This document shows, one piece after another, positions 24,640 through 37,309 of a stretch of DNA of 64,000 bases. The stretch lies in the NCBI RefSeq assembly GCF_964194155.1, contig NC_135881.1, positions 160,642,001 to 160,706,000 on the forward strand. The letters run 5' to 3'. The first letter of the stretch is position 1. Each line of letters starts with the position of its first letter. This stretch comes from Cetorhinus maximus. Lineage: Eukaryota. Both the position numbers and the translations under genes were made by a program. Under the pieces are notes generated by a model, which ran no database searches, was not told the DNA's origin, and was given only the letters and a program-made list of their open reading frames with translations.

Positions 24640-26135
24640 CAAAGTGTGAAAACAGGCACAAAATGGGTACTAATAAGAAAAGCCCAAAAGAGTGGATTTA
24701 GCACATAATTTTCAAGCTAATTGATGATTATCCTGATTTAAACATGCCCACAGATACTGAAAATGACAATTGCAGGTTCATATCCAAGCAGTGATTTGAT
24801 GCAATTTTGCTGGAGCTATGTTGTGCAGCCTGCACCCACCTAATTCCACTGAAGAAGTAGAGTACACTGGCTGGGAGAGAAACCAATGTGGAAGGAAAGA
24901 ATGGCTCAATAATCTAGACAGAGAGCACCCAGCTCCATGTAACATTGGAGGTCCAAGTGGAGGATGTACTGAGGGGGAGGGGGAAAGGAAGCCACAGAGG
25001 CAACGAGTGCAGCACACATGGGATCAGCAGGTGACAGGCACTGGCCCCAGGACATGGCTTCAGTGCTACAAGATATTTACTGACTTGACACAAATAGCCA
25101 AGCTAAGATCCCATCTCGCAAACACATTTCTCAATAATTGCACCACAACCACCAGCATCACAACCTCAACAAACATCATCCACCACTTAACTACATGCTG
25201 GGATTTAGATATGGTACATTCCTGCAATCTTCACAGGTGCTATTCACACCTCAAATACATCTCACAGCCTTTCAACCATGTGAGGCATCACACTCACAAA
25301 AACACTCTGTCAATATAATCTCCCACAATCACAACTTTTGCTCTTGCCTGAAAAAAAAGCATGTAACAGGTGGTGCAAGACCTCACTGGGGCAGACAAAC
25401 ATGTCTGAAGGACAGCACTCCACTTGAGAAGGCAGTGCTGGTCACACTAGGGAGGGCAGTGGGAGACACCATGGCCAGTGGCAGAGCAGACAGCATACCA
25501 CCTAGAAGTATGTTGCAATCCCAGCTTCCTGACAAATGCACAATTATTCCTGATCCCTAATCCCCAAAGCTATCCTCAATATGTTCTCATCACACAGATC
25601 CTCCTGCACCTTAACCCTGCCAGTGTTATCATTGCAGGGTCCTGAGAGCAAAATTCACCTCACCACCACTGCCCACCCCCTGGAGCATCTGCAAGATGAG
25701 CAAGAGTCACCTTACCCCCGGAGGAAGAGGAGGAGGAGAGCACGGAAGAATGCACTGCGCCAATGCTTACCACCGTTGCACAAACCAGCTCAGAAACTGG
25801 CACCTCGTGTAACCTAGAAGAGGGATCTGTACAGAGACATCAGGCACTTGTGTGTAGCAGCCATGCAAGGTGGAAGCGATTCTATAGATGCCACTTATCC
25901 TCCAGTTGCATACTAGTTCTGCTGTAGAGGAGTCTGGGGGTACTTTGCAGGACCAAGCTTAAGAAGAAGGCTGAAGGGTTTTATAAACCAAATACTTAGT
26001 GCAATGGATAGTCTGGCTGAAAGCTAATGGAGGAGTCCACCTTCAGCTTGGTCCCTAACTTGATGCAGATCCTGGAACCCATCCTCTCCAACCTGGAAAG
26101 GTTGGTCAATTTCAGGCAGCAACCTACAGGGCTCA
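24640..26135 (+). mobile_element. Old Harbinger Myb/SANT relic
   Basis: W...V...RTWLQCYKIFTDL motif in ORF 24818-25318. Related sequence occurs at about 41160-41880. Boundaries are approximate. Confidence 0.5.
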
Positions 26136-26139
26136 AGGT

Positions 26140-27350
26140 CATTTGTGAGTCTGACAAAAGTAAACTATCCCTCCTCATCCTTCTTGACCTACTTGCAGCC
26201 TTTGACAAAGTTAACCATGCTACACTCCAACGCTTCTCTACTGGATAGAACTGCAACTCACCTGGTTCCATTCTTACATATCTAATCATAGCCAGAGAAT
26301 TCCCTGCAATGGCTTCTTTTCCAACCTCTGCACCTTTAACTCTGGTGTCCCTCAAGGATCTATCCATGACCCCCTCCTATTTTTCATCAACATGCTGCCC
26401 CTTGGCAACATTATCTGAAAATACATCAGTTTCCAGATGTAGGCAGATGACACCCAGCTCCACCTCACCACCATCTTTCTCTACCCTTCCACTGTCTCTC
26501 AATTGTCAGACTGCTTGTCTAAATCCAACACAAAATGAGCAGTAATTTCCTCCAACTAAATATTGGGAAGACCAAGACCATTGTCTTTGGTCCCAGCTAC
26601 AAACTCAATTCTCTAACCATATAATTGATTCACCTCCCTCTGGCTGAACCAAATTTGGTGTCATATTTAACCCTGGATGAACTTCCAACCACATGTCCAT
26701 GAAGACCAAGTATTTCCACCTCAGTAACACCACCTAACTCTGCCCCTGCCTCAGCTCATCTGCTGCTAAAACCCTCATTCATCTCTTTGTTACTTCTAGG
26801 CTTGATTATTGCAATGCATTCCTGGCAGCCCTTCCACACTCTATCCTCTGTAAACTTGAGGTTATTCAAAATTCTGCTGTCCATGTTCTAACTCACAAAA
26901 AGTGTGGTTTATCCATAACCCCTGTGCTAACTAACCTACAGTAGCTCCCGGTCAAGCAAAGTCTTTATTTTAAAATTCTCATCCTTGTTTTCAAATCCCT
27001 CCGTGGCCTCACCCCTCCCTATCTCTGTAGCACAACTCTCCAAGATATCTGAACTGGTCTAATTCTGGCCTCTTAAGTATCCCTGATTTATTTGCTCCAC
27101 CAATGGTGGCCAAACCTTCAGCTGCTAGGCCCTAATCACTGCAATTCCCTTCCTATACCTCTGCATCTTGCTACCTTGCTTTCTCCTTTAGAACACTCCT
27201 TAAAATCTAACTCTTCAACCAAGCTTTTGGTCATCTGCCCTAATACCTCCTTGGGTGCCTCATATTTCATTTTCTAATACCCCTGTGGGATATTTTATTA
27301 CATTAAAGGCACCACATAAATATAAGCTGTTGCTGTTATTGTAGTAGTAG
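26140..27350 (+). mobile_element. L2-type LINE 3' part
   Basis: LLILLDLLAAFDKVNH, LQLNIGKTK and FVTSRLDYCNA motifs, ending in a TGT/TAG short-repeat tail. Confidence 0.8.
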
Positions 27351-28482
27351 TAGTAATAGGATTGAAGTTCTACAGACAGCTTAAGGAGCTAGGGAGGAAG
27401 TTACAAAGCAGGACCTCAAAGATAGTAATCTCTGGATTACTCCCAGTGCCACGTACTAGCGAGAGTAGAAATAGAGGGACATGGCAAGATAATGCATGGT
27501 TACAAATATGATGCAGGAGGATAGGCTTCAGATTTCTGGGGCAGGAAGTACCAAAGGTGGATTGCACCTGAACACAGCTGGGACCAATATCCTTGCAAGT
27601 AAGTTAACTAATGCTGTTGAAGGGTGGGGAAGGTGGTTTAAACTAACTCAGCAAGGGGTAAACATCAGGATGTAGTAATAAATAGTAGAAACATGCTGCG
27701 CAGAGCACTGGAAAAGACAGTTAGAGTTAGAAATAATGCAGAACGAGGAAGAATCATAGAAAACCCAAAGGGGTCTAAGTTAGGTTTGGAGTGCATGTAA
27801 GTGCATAAGGTGTGGTTAATAAGGTTGGTGAGCAGCAGTGTAAATAAGCTCAGTGGAATATGATGTGGTGGCAATAACTGAGACCTGCTTCAAAAAAATT
27901 GAAGGATTGGAAGCTTAATATTCCTGGGTATAAGGTATTCAGAAAAGATAGGGAAGAGAAAACAGGAGGATGGGCAGCAGTTTAGATTAAGGAAAATATT
28001 ACAGTGGTGGAAAGAGAGAATGTTGTTCAGAGGGCATGAACACATTTAACTTGATTGGAGTTAGGTCGGGAGAATTTTCTTGTGCAATACATTTCTTGCC
28101 CAATGATGAAGGCGGCATTGCTGGATGCTTTCCTGGGAAACAAAGTTGATCAAGTGGAGAATGTCACATTCAGGGAGCATCTAAGGAATCATGATCATAG
28201 TATCGTAAAGTTTAGATTAGTTATATAGAAAGACAAATCTAAATAAAAATGCCTCACTGGAAATGAGATAATATCAATAAATTGAGGAGGGATCTGGCCC
28301 TGGTAAATTGGAGTCAAAGACTTGAATGAGATGGAGCAATGGGCAGGTTTTAAAGAGGAGGCGGTTCAGGTACAGTCTACATACATTTTCACAAGTGGGA
28401 AGGAGGGGCAACCAAAGTCAGAGCTTCCTAATGACAAAAGATATGGAAAATAATGAAGCAGAAAAAGGGACATATATTAGAT

Positions 28483-28856
28483 AAAACAAAAAAACTGCGG
28501 ATGCTGGAAATCCAAAACAAAAACAAAAATAAAAATACCTGGAAAAACTCAGCAGGTCTGACAGCATCTGCGGAGAGGAATACAGTTAACGTTTCGAGTC
28601 CGTATGACTCTTCAACAGAACTAAGGAAAAATAGAAGAGAGGCGAAATATAAACTGGTTTAAGGAGAGGGTGGGACAGGTAGAACTGGATAGAGGGCCAG
28701 TGAGAGGTGGAGATTGCCAAAATATGTCATAGACAAAAGGACAAAGAGGTGTTGACTGTGGTGATATTAGCTAAGAAATGTGCTAATAGGTGACATTAAG
28801 AGTAGAAAGGTACAGATAGCCCTAGTGGGGGTGGAGTTGGGGGGGAAGGGATCGAA
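28483..28856 (-). mobile_element. Longer copy of the hammerhead-bearing retro-repeat
   Basis: 11-bp TSD ATATATTAGAT at 28472-28482 and 28857-28867. The motif at 28584-28622 has the core variant CTGTTGA. Confidence 0.75.
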
Positions 28857-29443
28857 ATATATTAGATGTCAGCTTGATAATACAAGGGAGAATCAGGCAG
28901 GATATAAAATGTACAGAGGACAAGTGAAAAGGAAATAACAAAGGCAAAGGGACAGTTTGAAAATAAATCAGCAGCTAACATAAAAGTAAATTCAAATATT
29001 TTAAGGCCATATTAACATTAAAAGAGTCTTCATAGGAACCTTGGGACCAATTAGATATGAAAATGGATATCTGTTGGTGGAGGCAGAAGGCTTGGCTGAG
29101 GCAATAAATATTTTGCATTGGTGTTTACCAAGTGGGAGGACACAATGAAAGCTGTGGTAAACAAGGAGGTTGCTGGGATACTGGAAGAGATATAAAAAAT
29201 AAAGAGGAAGTACTAGGGCGGCTGGCAGTATTTAAAAGTAGATAAATTCCCCAGTGCGGATGAGAAGCTTCCTAGGTAGCTGAGAGAAATAAAGGTAGCA
29301 ATTGCTGAGGTGCTGGCCAGAATCTTCCAATTCTCCTTAGATACAGGGATAGTTTCGAAGCACTGAAGGATTATACCCTTGTTCAATAAGAGAGATGGTT
29401 AAACCTTACAGGCCAGTCAGTTTAATGGAGTTTAATTTTACAC

Positions 29444-29542
29444 TGGCAGGATTTTATGGCCCCGCCAAAGTCAATGGACTTTTGAACGACTCACTGCACT
29501 TTATGGCTGTCCCTGCTACAGTGAGGCTGTAAAATTCTGCCC
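29444..29542. mobile_element. 99-bp Harbinger-type MITE nested in CR1
   Basis: TGGCAGGATTTTA...TAAAATTCTGCCC termini interrupt CR1 reverse-transcriptase-region sequence. Confidence 0.7.
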
Positions 29543-30109
29543 ATGCAGTGATTGGGAATCCCTTAGAAATGCTATCAAATAATCTAAAATTAACAGTTAC
29601 TTGGACAAGTATGAATGCAGAACTAATATGGATTTGCTAAGGGCAAATCTTATTTGACTAATTTGATTGAGCTTTTTGATGAGGTATAAAGAAGGATGAT
29701 GCAGGCAGTGTAGTTGATGTTGTGCATATGGACTCTCAAAAGTTGTTTGATAAAATACCTGATTTTAGGCTTATTAGCAAAATTGATGCCCCTGGGATAA
29801 AAGGAGCAGTAGCTCCTTCCTGTTCCGCCGATGTGAACGGAGATTTCAATGGCTCACCGGCCCCGCCATGGGGAGGGGGGGTGGGGGGCGCGGGGTCCAG
29901 AAGATTCCAGTCAGGGACAGATAACAAGGAGTTGTAGTAAATTTTTTGGACTGCAGGAAGAGGTACAGTAGATTTCTCCAAGGTTCAGCACTAGGTGTGC
30001 TGTTGTTTTTGAAACGCATTAATGATTTGGACTAAAGGGTATAGGGCTCAATGTCAAAATTTTCAGATGATGCAACATTTGCAAGTTCCGTATATAGTAA
30101 GGAAGGTAG

Positions 30110-31590
30110 TGGAGAAAAGGGATGATTACAGCACAGGAGGCCACTCAGCCCTACGACCCTGTGCAAGCTCTTTGCAAGAGCAGTTTAACTAGTCTCACTA
30201 TCCCCCATCCTTACCAACAGCCCTGCAATTATTTTTTCCTTTCCAATTATCCAATTTCTTTTTGAAAACCATGACTGAATCACACTTCACAAGCAGCATA
30301 GTTCAGACAGCATCCACTGCCTACATAAAAAAGTTCTTCCTCATGTCACCTTTGGTTCTTTTGCCAATCACCTTAAATCTGTGTCCTATGGTTCTTGACC
30401 CTTCTGGCAATGGAAACAGTTTCTCTTTATCTACTCTGTCTAGAAACCTCATACGATCATAACAAGATCATAAGAAATAAGAGCAGGAGTAGGCCATTTG
30501 GCCCCTCAAGCCTGCTCCACCGTTCAATAAGATCATGGCTAATCTAATTGTGGCCTTAACTCCACTTTCCTGCCCGGTCCTCCATAAACCTTGACTCTCT
30601 TGTCAATCAAAAATCTGTCTAACTATCTCTACTAGTAAAGCTCAAGAGCTCATATACTTTATTCATTGTTTTGTCAACCTGCACTGCTACTTTCGAAGAT
30701 TTGTGCAGAAACACACCCTGGTCTCTCCCTTCTTTTATACAATTTAAAATTGTACCATTTAGCAGGTAGTTCCACATCTCTCTAGCAAAATATGCCACCT
30801 CATACTTTTCTGTATTGAATTTCAACTGCCATGTGTCGGTCCTTTCCACCAGCCTGGACATAACCTCTTGAAGTCAATTATTATTTATAATTTATAAAAC
30901 ACTGGTTTAGCCTCAACTGAACTACTGTGCCCAATTCTGGCACCGTTCTTCAGAAAGAATGTGGAATCTTTAGAGAGGATGCAGAAGAAATTATGAGGAT
31001 GGTTCCAAGGATCAGGGATTTCAGTTATGTGAATGGATTAGAGAAGCTTTGTTTGTTCTCCTTCGAAAAGAGAAGGCTGAGAGGGGTTTGACAGGGTAGA
31101 TGCTGAGAGGATGTTTCCCCTTGTGAGGGGAACTAAGGGGCACAGTTTCAAAATAAGGCGTCTCCCATTTAAGGTGGGGATGAGAAGGAATTTCTTCTCT
31201 CAGAGGGTCATTGCATAATTGCAATTCCTTATCCCTGGAACTATTTTAGTAAATCTCTCTGTAACATTTGCAAAGCCTTCATGTCCTTTCTGTAGCATGG
31301 TGTCCAGAATTCAACACAATATTCCAGCTTAGGCTGAACTGGTGTTTTGCATAGACTGGAGAAGCTGGGGTTTCTCCCCTCAAAGCAGAGAAGGCAAAGA
31401 GGGAGGGGTTTCAAATTATGAAAGGTTTAGAAAGATTAAATAAAGAGAAACTGTTTCCAATGGCTGAAGGTCACTAACCAGAGGGCACAGCTTTAAGGTG
31501 ATGGCCAAAAAAATCAGGGGTGACAAGAGGAAAAACCACTTCATTCATTGCGTGACAAGTATTTGAAATGCCGAGAGGGTGGCGGATACA
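30110..31590. mobile_element. Nested CR1 3' fragments in both orientations
   Basis: Recurring CR1 C-terminal and 3' UTR motifs, on minus at 30120-30880 and mainly on plus at 30890-31590. Confidence 0.7.
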
Positions 31591-31593
31591 GAT

Positions 31594-32744
31594 TTGCCTG
31601 CATTTTCATTCTCGAGGCGGGTAGCGGGAGTTGGGAAAGTTCCTGGCTTGGCCTGCCTGCCTCAGGAGAAAGTGCCCGCAAGAAAGCGATTTTCATTGTG
31701 ATGGGGCGAGTGTGGGCTGGGGTCTGGTCAGCCGACCCAGGAAAGAGTTTGGAGGCAGCCGCAGGGCCTGCTGAGTGTGGAGGCAGGCTGTTTAAAAGGT
31801 CCATTTCAGTGCTATGGGTCTTCATCCCAGTTAAAATAAGAACAGAAAGGCCCTCCAGCCCTCACTCCTCACACCCCCTGACCTCCCACAAATTCACCCA
31901 TCCCCCATGGCCCCTCATGTCTCCCATGCCAAGGTACACCCCCAAACAGCTTCTATAGTTCCTCATACCCTCTATGCCAAGTTATGGCACTTCCATGCCC
32001 ATTCACCCTCTGAGGTGTTTAAGTACTCTAACAGATATCTTGGCTCTCAGCCAAGAATATATAATATATAATATATAATGAAACGCCAGAAAAACATTGC
32101 TTGATTGACAGCTCTGGCTCTGGCTCTCTGATCTCTTCTGTTAATCTCACAATGTTTATTTACACAACATAAAGAGGTTTCAAATGTTTGTAGTTTCTGC
32201 TATTGAAACTTTAAAGAGTCTGGATGATTGGCACTATATTGAAAGCTATTTTTATGAATGAATGACTGTTTTATAAAGCTTTTGTTTTACACATCCTATT
32301 ACCTCTATAGGGTTCATTGTTTCTATACAATGTGGATGAATGGGTATGGAAGTGCCGTGGCTTGGCATGGTGGCATGAGGGGACATAGGAGTTGCTTGGG
32401 ACACATACCTTGGAATAGGGGGTTGAGTTTGCCTTTCAAAAGGTTCCCTCATGCAGACTTTGCTTCACAACACCTCTGAGGTGCCGTGAACCATGACTGT
32501 TTGGAATGCTGGCCCGACTCCCCGAAATTGGAGAGGACTAGGACATGCCTATCCCTGCAATGGAGCCGGCCAGGTCAGAAGTGCAGGGTGCGAGTTATTC
32601 ACTCTTTTAAGAGCCTGCACTCTTAAAAGGCACACACAAAAATCAAAGACCTCAGAAATGAGGCTGGGAATCCTGGATTTGGGACCCGCCCGCCATTTTC
32701 AAAAGGGTTCCCGAGTCATCCCAACTCGACCAAAATCCAGGCCC
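31594..32744. mobile_element. Non-autonomous Harbinger-like element inserted in a CR1 tail
   Basis: Right terminus AAAATCCAGGCCC and decayed left terminus TTGCCTGCATTTT. CR1 3' sequence resumes straight after 32744. Confidence 0.6.
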
Positions 32745-34267
32745 AAACGTAGCCTTCAAAAGGGAATTGGATAAGTACTTGAAGCAGAAAAGAAATTGCT
32801 GTGATATGAGGAAAGAGTGGGGTGAGTGAACTAATTGGATTGATTATATGATTCTGTCAAATACTTGGTACTCTGAATTCTGCCTGCATTATTGTTTTTT
32901 GTTATAAGAAGGTTTATCCAGAATTTGTAGGGCTTTCCTTTGTAATAGGCAATCAGTGCACACAGATTATAGAAAACGAGAAACATTACCAAATAAAACC
33001 TAGACAGATCAAAAATTATTTCCATTGTATTAATCTTTTGAAGAGCATTTAGTAATTTGCTTCTTGTTGAGCACGTGATCCAATAAGCACAACTATTTGA
33101 CTCCTGATTAACTGACTCATTGCTAACTGAATACAAACATTGAGTGAATAATAGCTTACGAACCATGACAAAGTGACCATGACTAATTGATTATTGACTA
33201 ATCATTCACTCTAATAGATTACTTTATTCTGATAACTGTGACATTATTTGATATTTACCTTTTTTATATTAAACCTTTAAAAAAAGAGTTCCACAAAACT
33301 TGTCGTTATAAATTTGCATTTGTCCATGTGCAAAATTACAGAAGCTGCACAGCAACAGATAGCAATGCAATTAAAGCAGGTGTTCATGCACGTCTCAGAT
33401 GCTCTGTTTAAACCTGAAATACTGACACTCAACTGCTTTCAATCAAAGATTCCTTCATTCAATATAGATCAGAAAGATTACATTATTCAAAGATCAAAGA
33501 TCTAGGAAATTAATTGGTTAAAGATTCCTGTTTCACGAACTAGAACCATGAACAATGTAGAATAATTCCTTCGATGCTGTAACTTGTGAAGGGATGATTG
33601 AGTTATCATAATCAATCAGTACAAGGGGTTCTTGTTGAGAAAGGTCCCAACCTTATTAAAAGGTTGGATCTTGAGATTCAGCCGTGTAACTGAACTGGCA
33701 TGGGTAAGTTCTCTGGCATTGGTCACAAATAAAGAAATATACAGACAGTTTACTCTGAATGTTTTAGGGCCTCAGAACAATTTTAAATCAGGGTTAGATG
33801 AACATAGATTAGGAATAACTTCTAAATACTTCTGACATTCCACATGTTTTTCAGAAATTCAGGGATTCAAATTGGGCTTCTTTTCTTGGGGCAACAAAAT
33901 TGGGGCAGAAGTCATTTGATAATCACACTTGTAAAAACAACATGAACTGCAGGAGGGAAGAGTGACATCTGCTCCTCATGCAGTATTAGTCAAGCAGAGT
34001 TTGAAAGGGATGTTTGTTGCCTTGAGAGGTCAGGAGGGGCTCTGTGATATGTTGCATATACTTCATGAGCTAAATCTTCCAGACTTTGAAACTTTTTGGC
34101 AGCCAGGACAATTTTCTGGTCCTGACACTGCTCATAGCACCAGCATGTCTCCTGGAGTAATTTTATGGGAGGCATCCAATTAAGAGGCCAACTCCAGGAT
34201 TGCTATTCAATTAGGGATGACAAGCAGATTGGGGAGGTGGGATGGCATGTCAGAGTGTGAAACTATA

Positions 34268-36517
34268 GGTGGAATTTTCCATTCTGGAAACTAAGTCTGG
34301 TGGTGGGCGGCCAAGTCAGCGTGATTCCCACTGGATGGTGGGACAGCTGAACATGCGTGATCTTCTGCTGGTGAGCTCATTAATTATGCATCAGCAAAGA
34401 GCTCGGCAAATCTCATGGCAGGACAGGCAGGAAGTCGTCCGCCCTACTGTCACCTCATGGGGTCGAAGGTCTTGGCGCCATATTTAAAAGGCAGCTGGAC
34501 AGACGTTAACTCATTACAGGCCAGGAGCTCCGCCCTACTCCCCCAGAGTGCTTGTCGCTGCAGCTCATAATAGAGAAGCTCACAGATGTGAGTAAACACA
34601 TCCCAGGACATACGAGTGCGCTTTCGTCATTGCCCTTTGCTCATCTCTAGGTAAGAGCACCACTGGCGATACACTCATGGTCATGCTAATGCTTGCCGTT
34701 GCAGTGTTCAATGCTCGCCAGCATCTTGACCTTCCAGAGGCCCCGCTACCTCTTTCTGCTCAGGCCCTTGCTCCTCATGGCCCTGTGCCAGCCTGCAATG
34801 TATCTTCCTTCTCCTCATCTGGATGAGAGCCATTACCAAGAGAGCCATTACCTGCAGCCTGCACCATTAACGCCTCAGTGGATGTGTAAATGAGTTGAAG
34901 TGATACATTAAGTGAGCATGTCCTTTACAGGTTTACCACCATCTCAACCAGCAAGCAAGTACTAAACCCTTCACCTGGCCCCCATCTAGACATGGCATCC
35001 CCACCCCTTCCAGGTGAAGGACATTCTGGAGGACCAGAGATGGGTGTTCCTCCTGTTCATACATGAATGCGTATGTAGACATTGCTCTTTGACCAGGATG
35101 ATGAGAACCATGTACAAGGAGCCTCCCTCTGACACTATTCCTCTTTCCCCCAGTACCAGAGATGCTATAGAGAGACCGTTGACTTGCTAGCATAGAAAGA
35201 CTAACTGCATGAGCATTTGTCAGCCAAGATCATTCAGCAGGGAGGATGAAGGTTTGGAGTTGCGAGTGGGCTGCTATCCACCAGCTGTGCCCTTTGGATG
35301 CATCCACCTCCGTCTCTCCCATCATCACTGTCCCTGACTGCAGTCGATGGCAAATGACACAGAATGGATGGCAGCCCAAGACCTCGCTGGGATCTCGATG
35401 TTATGAGACCCATGAGTCAGGAATAAACAAGTTGCTGTGTGGGCTTCACCATAGAGAGGAGAACATAACTGAACATGGTTGACATCCAGTTGCCTCATAA
35501 TTAATAGGGTGTCCCTTTAGTCAGCCACTTTACTGACCTTGAACTCCACCTATCTGAAAAGACCCTCCTCCCACTTCAAGAGATCTCATTGACTGACTAA
35601 TTGCAATGTCATGGTCAGATTGGAAAAATGGTGTACGTCACCTTCCAAACTTGCTCCAGCACCTTCTATCCTCCCCCTTTCACCCACCAACTTCTCCCCA
35701 TCACCCTTGACACATCCAATGTCACCACTCTTTTCCCCTCTGTCACCCTCATTACCCTGGACTCTTGTCACGATCCACCTCTACATGCCTGCTCTCCCCT
35801 CAGAGGCAACAATCATTACCTATTACTGTTACGCCCTCTGTGAGACTGTCCCTTCCAGACTATCACCCTGGACCTGCCATTTTACTGCAACCCACTACCC
35901 CCCTGACTGTGACTGTTCCCTCCTTTCACCAGTACCCTGAGTTCAGCCCCCAGGATTCCAACATCGACACCAGTGACCCCACCCTCTAAAACAATCCCCC
36001 TCTTCCCCAGACATTCTCTCCCCTTCCCTGATAAGCCTGCCTCCCCCTGTTCAGCCTTCACTCCACTGTTCCACCCTATCCCCCCCTCTCACCTTCCAGC
36101 CTTCGCTTGCCTCCGTGCCCAGCCCCGGCACAGCGTTTGCTACTGGCACTCGGTATGAGTGAAGGAAAGCGAAAGGAGCATCCCCTAACTTCAAAATCAT
36201 GGAAGAAGTGAAGCTCGCCAGGTGCATGCCACTTATATACAGTCATAAAACTGAATGTTCTAAACTCTCGCTGGAGGGGAACTTAATTTGGAAGATGAAT
36301 TTAATTGCAGTGAGGTGGCCTTTTAATTAACATGCATATGGGGTTCCCGACATTGTCAGTCGGGGAACTCAAACTGCCTTTAGTCCATTATCAAAGTCAG
36401 GAGAACAAATTTCCGAACTAATTTTCTGCCAGCAGGAAACCAACCTTTTCAATCACGATAAATTAAGTTCCCCATTCATCACAATTCCCACTGCTGGCGG
36501 GAGTGGAAAATTCTGCC
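34268..36517. mobile_element. Decayed Harbinger-like element with C-rich interior
   Basis: Termini GGTGGAATTTTCC and GGAAAATTCTGCC. The C-rich tract at 35650-36130 mirrors the G-rich tract at 19840-20520. Confidence 0.55.
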
Positions 36518-37309
36518 TTTCAAGGCTGGCCGGCAGTGTGTAAGCAGCAAGAGCACTCTTGATGGGCATGGGACACGAGAGCGCTGGACAAAGTGGAGGA
36601 GTGAAATGGCTGGAGGCAATGGCTGCCTCTTCCTCACCATTAGTATTATGCCTTACTGCATTCTCTATGGATTGAACGGAGCCACTGTCTGTGGAGGAGC
36701 TTAGCCTTGCCAATTTGCACCTTAAGGTGTCATGGTACTCCAACCTCCCACTGTCCATTCGCCTCCTGATACCTGTAAAGCTGCAGACACAGCAGGGATC
36801 CCGTGTGATGATGGTAAAATATCATTCACATTGGAAAATTGTTCCTAATTGCCGTTGATGAGATTAATTGGCAACTTGATCTGCAAACTTCTTAATCATG
36901 CCCTCTACATTTAAGTCTAAATCAGCGATATATACCACGAGGAGCAAGGAATCTGATACTGAGCCCTGCAGATCCCCACTTGAAGCAGTATTCCAGTCAC
37001 AAAATCACCCATTGAGCCTTTACTTCCTGCCACTCAGACATTTTGGATCCAACTTGACTCTTGCCCTTGGATTCCATGAGCACTTACTTCTTTGACCAAT
37101 CTGCCCATGTGGAAACTTGTCAAAAACATTTCTAAAATCCATGTAGATAACGTCAAATGCACTATCCTCATTGAGCCTACTTGTTATCTTCTCAACATTA
37201 GCAGTCCTCCAGAATAATGCTTATAGCCAGATAGCATTGGAAAGTGGTAGTCAGAGCTTCAGGTATATTCATCTTTGGTCCTCCTCTTAGCAGCCTGGCA
37301 TACATTTTC

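Larger units (their letters stand above)
27358..30110 (+). mobile_element. Old CR1 LINE with esterase-type ORF1 remnant and decayed ORF2
   Basis: LGRKLQSRTSKIVISGLLPVPR and LHLNTAGTNILA resemble an SGNH-esterase ORF1. Endonuclease and RT remnants follow. Interrupted at 28483-28856 and 29444-29542. Confidence 0.75.
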
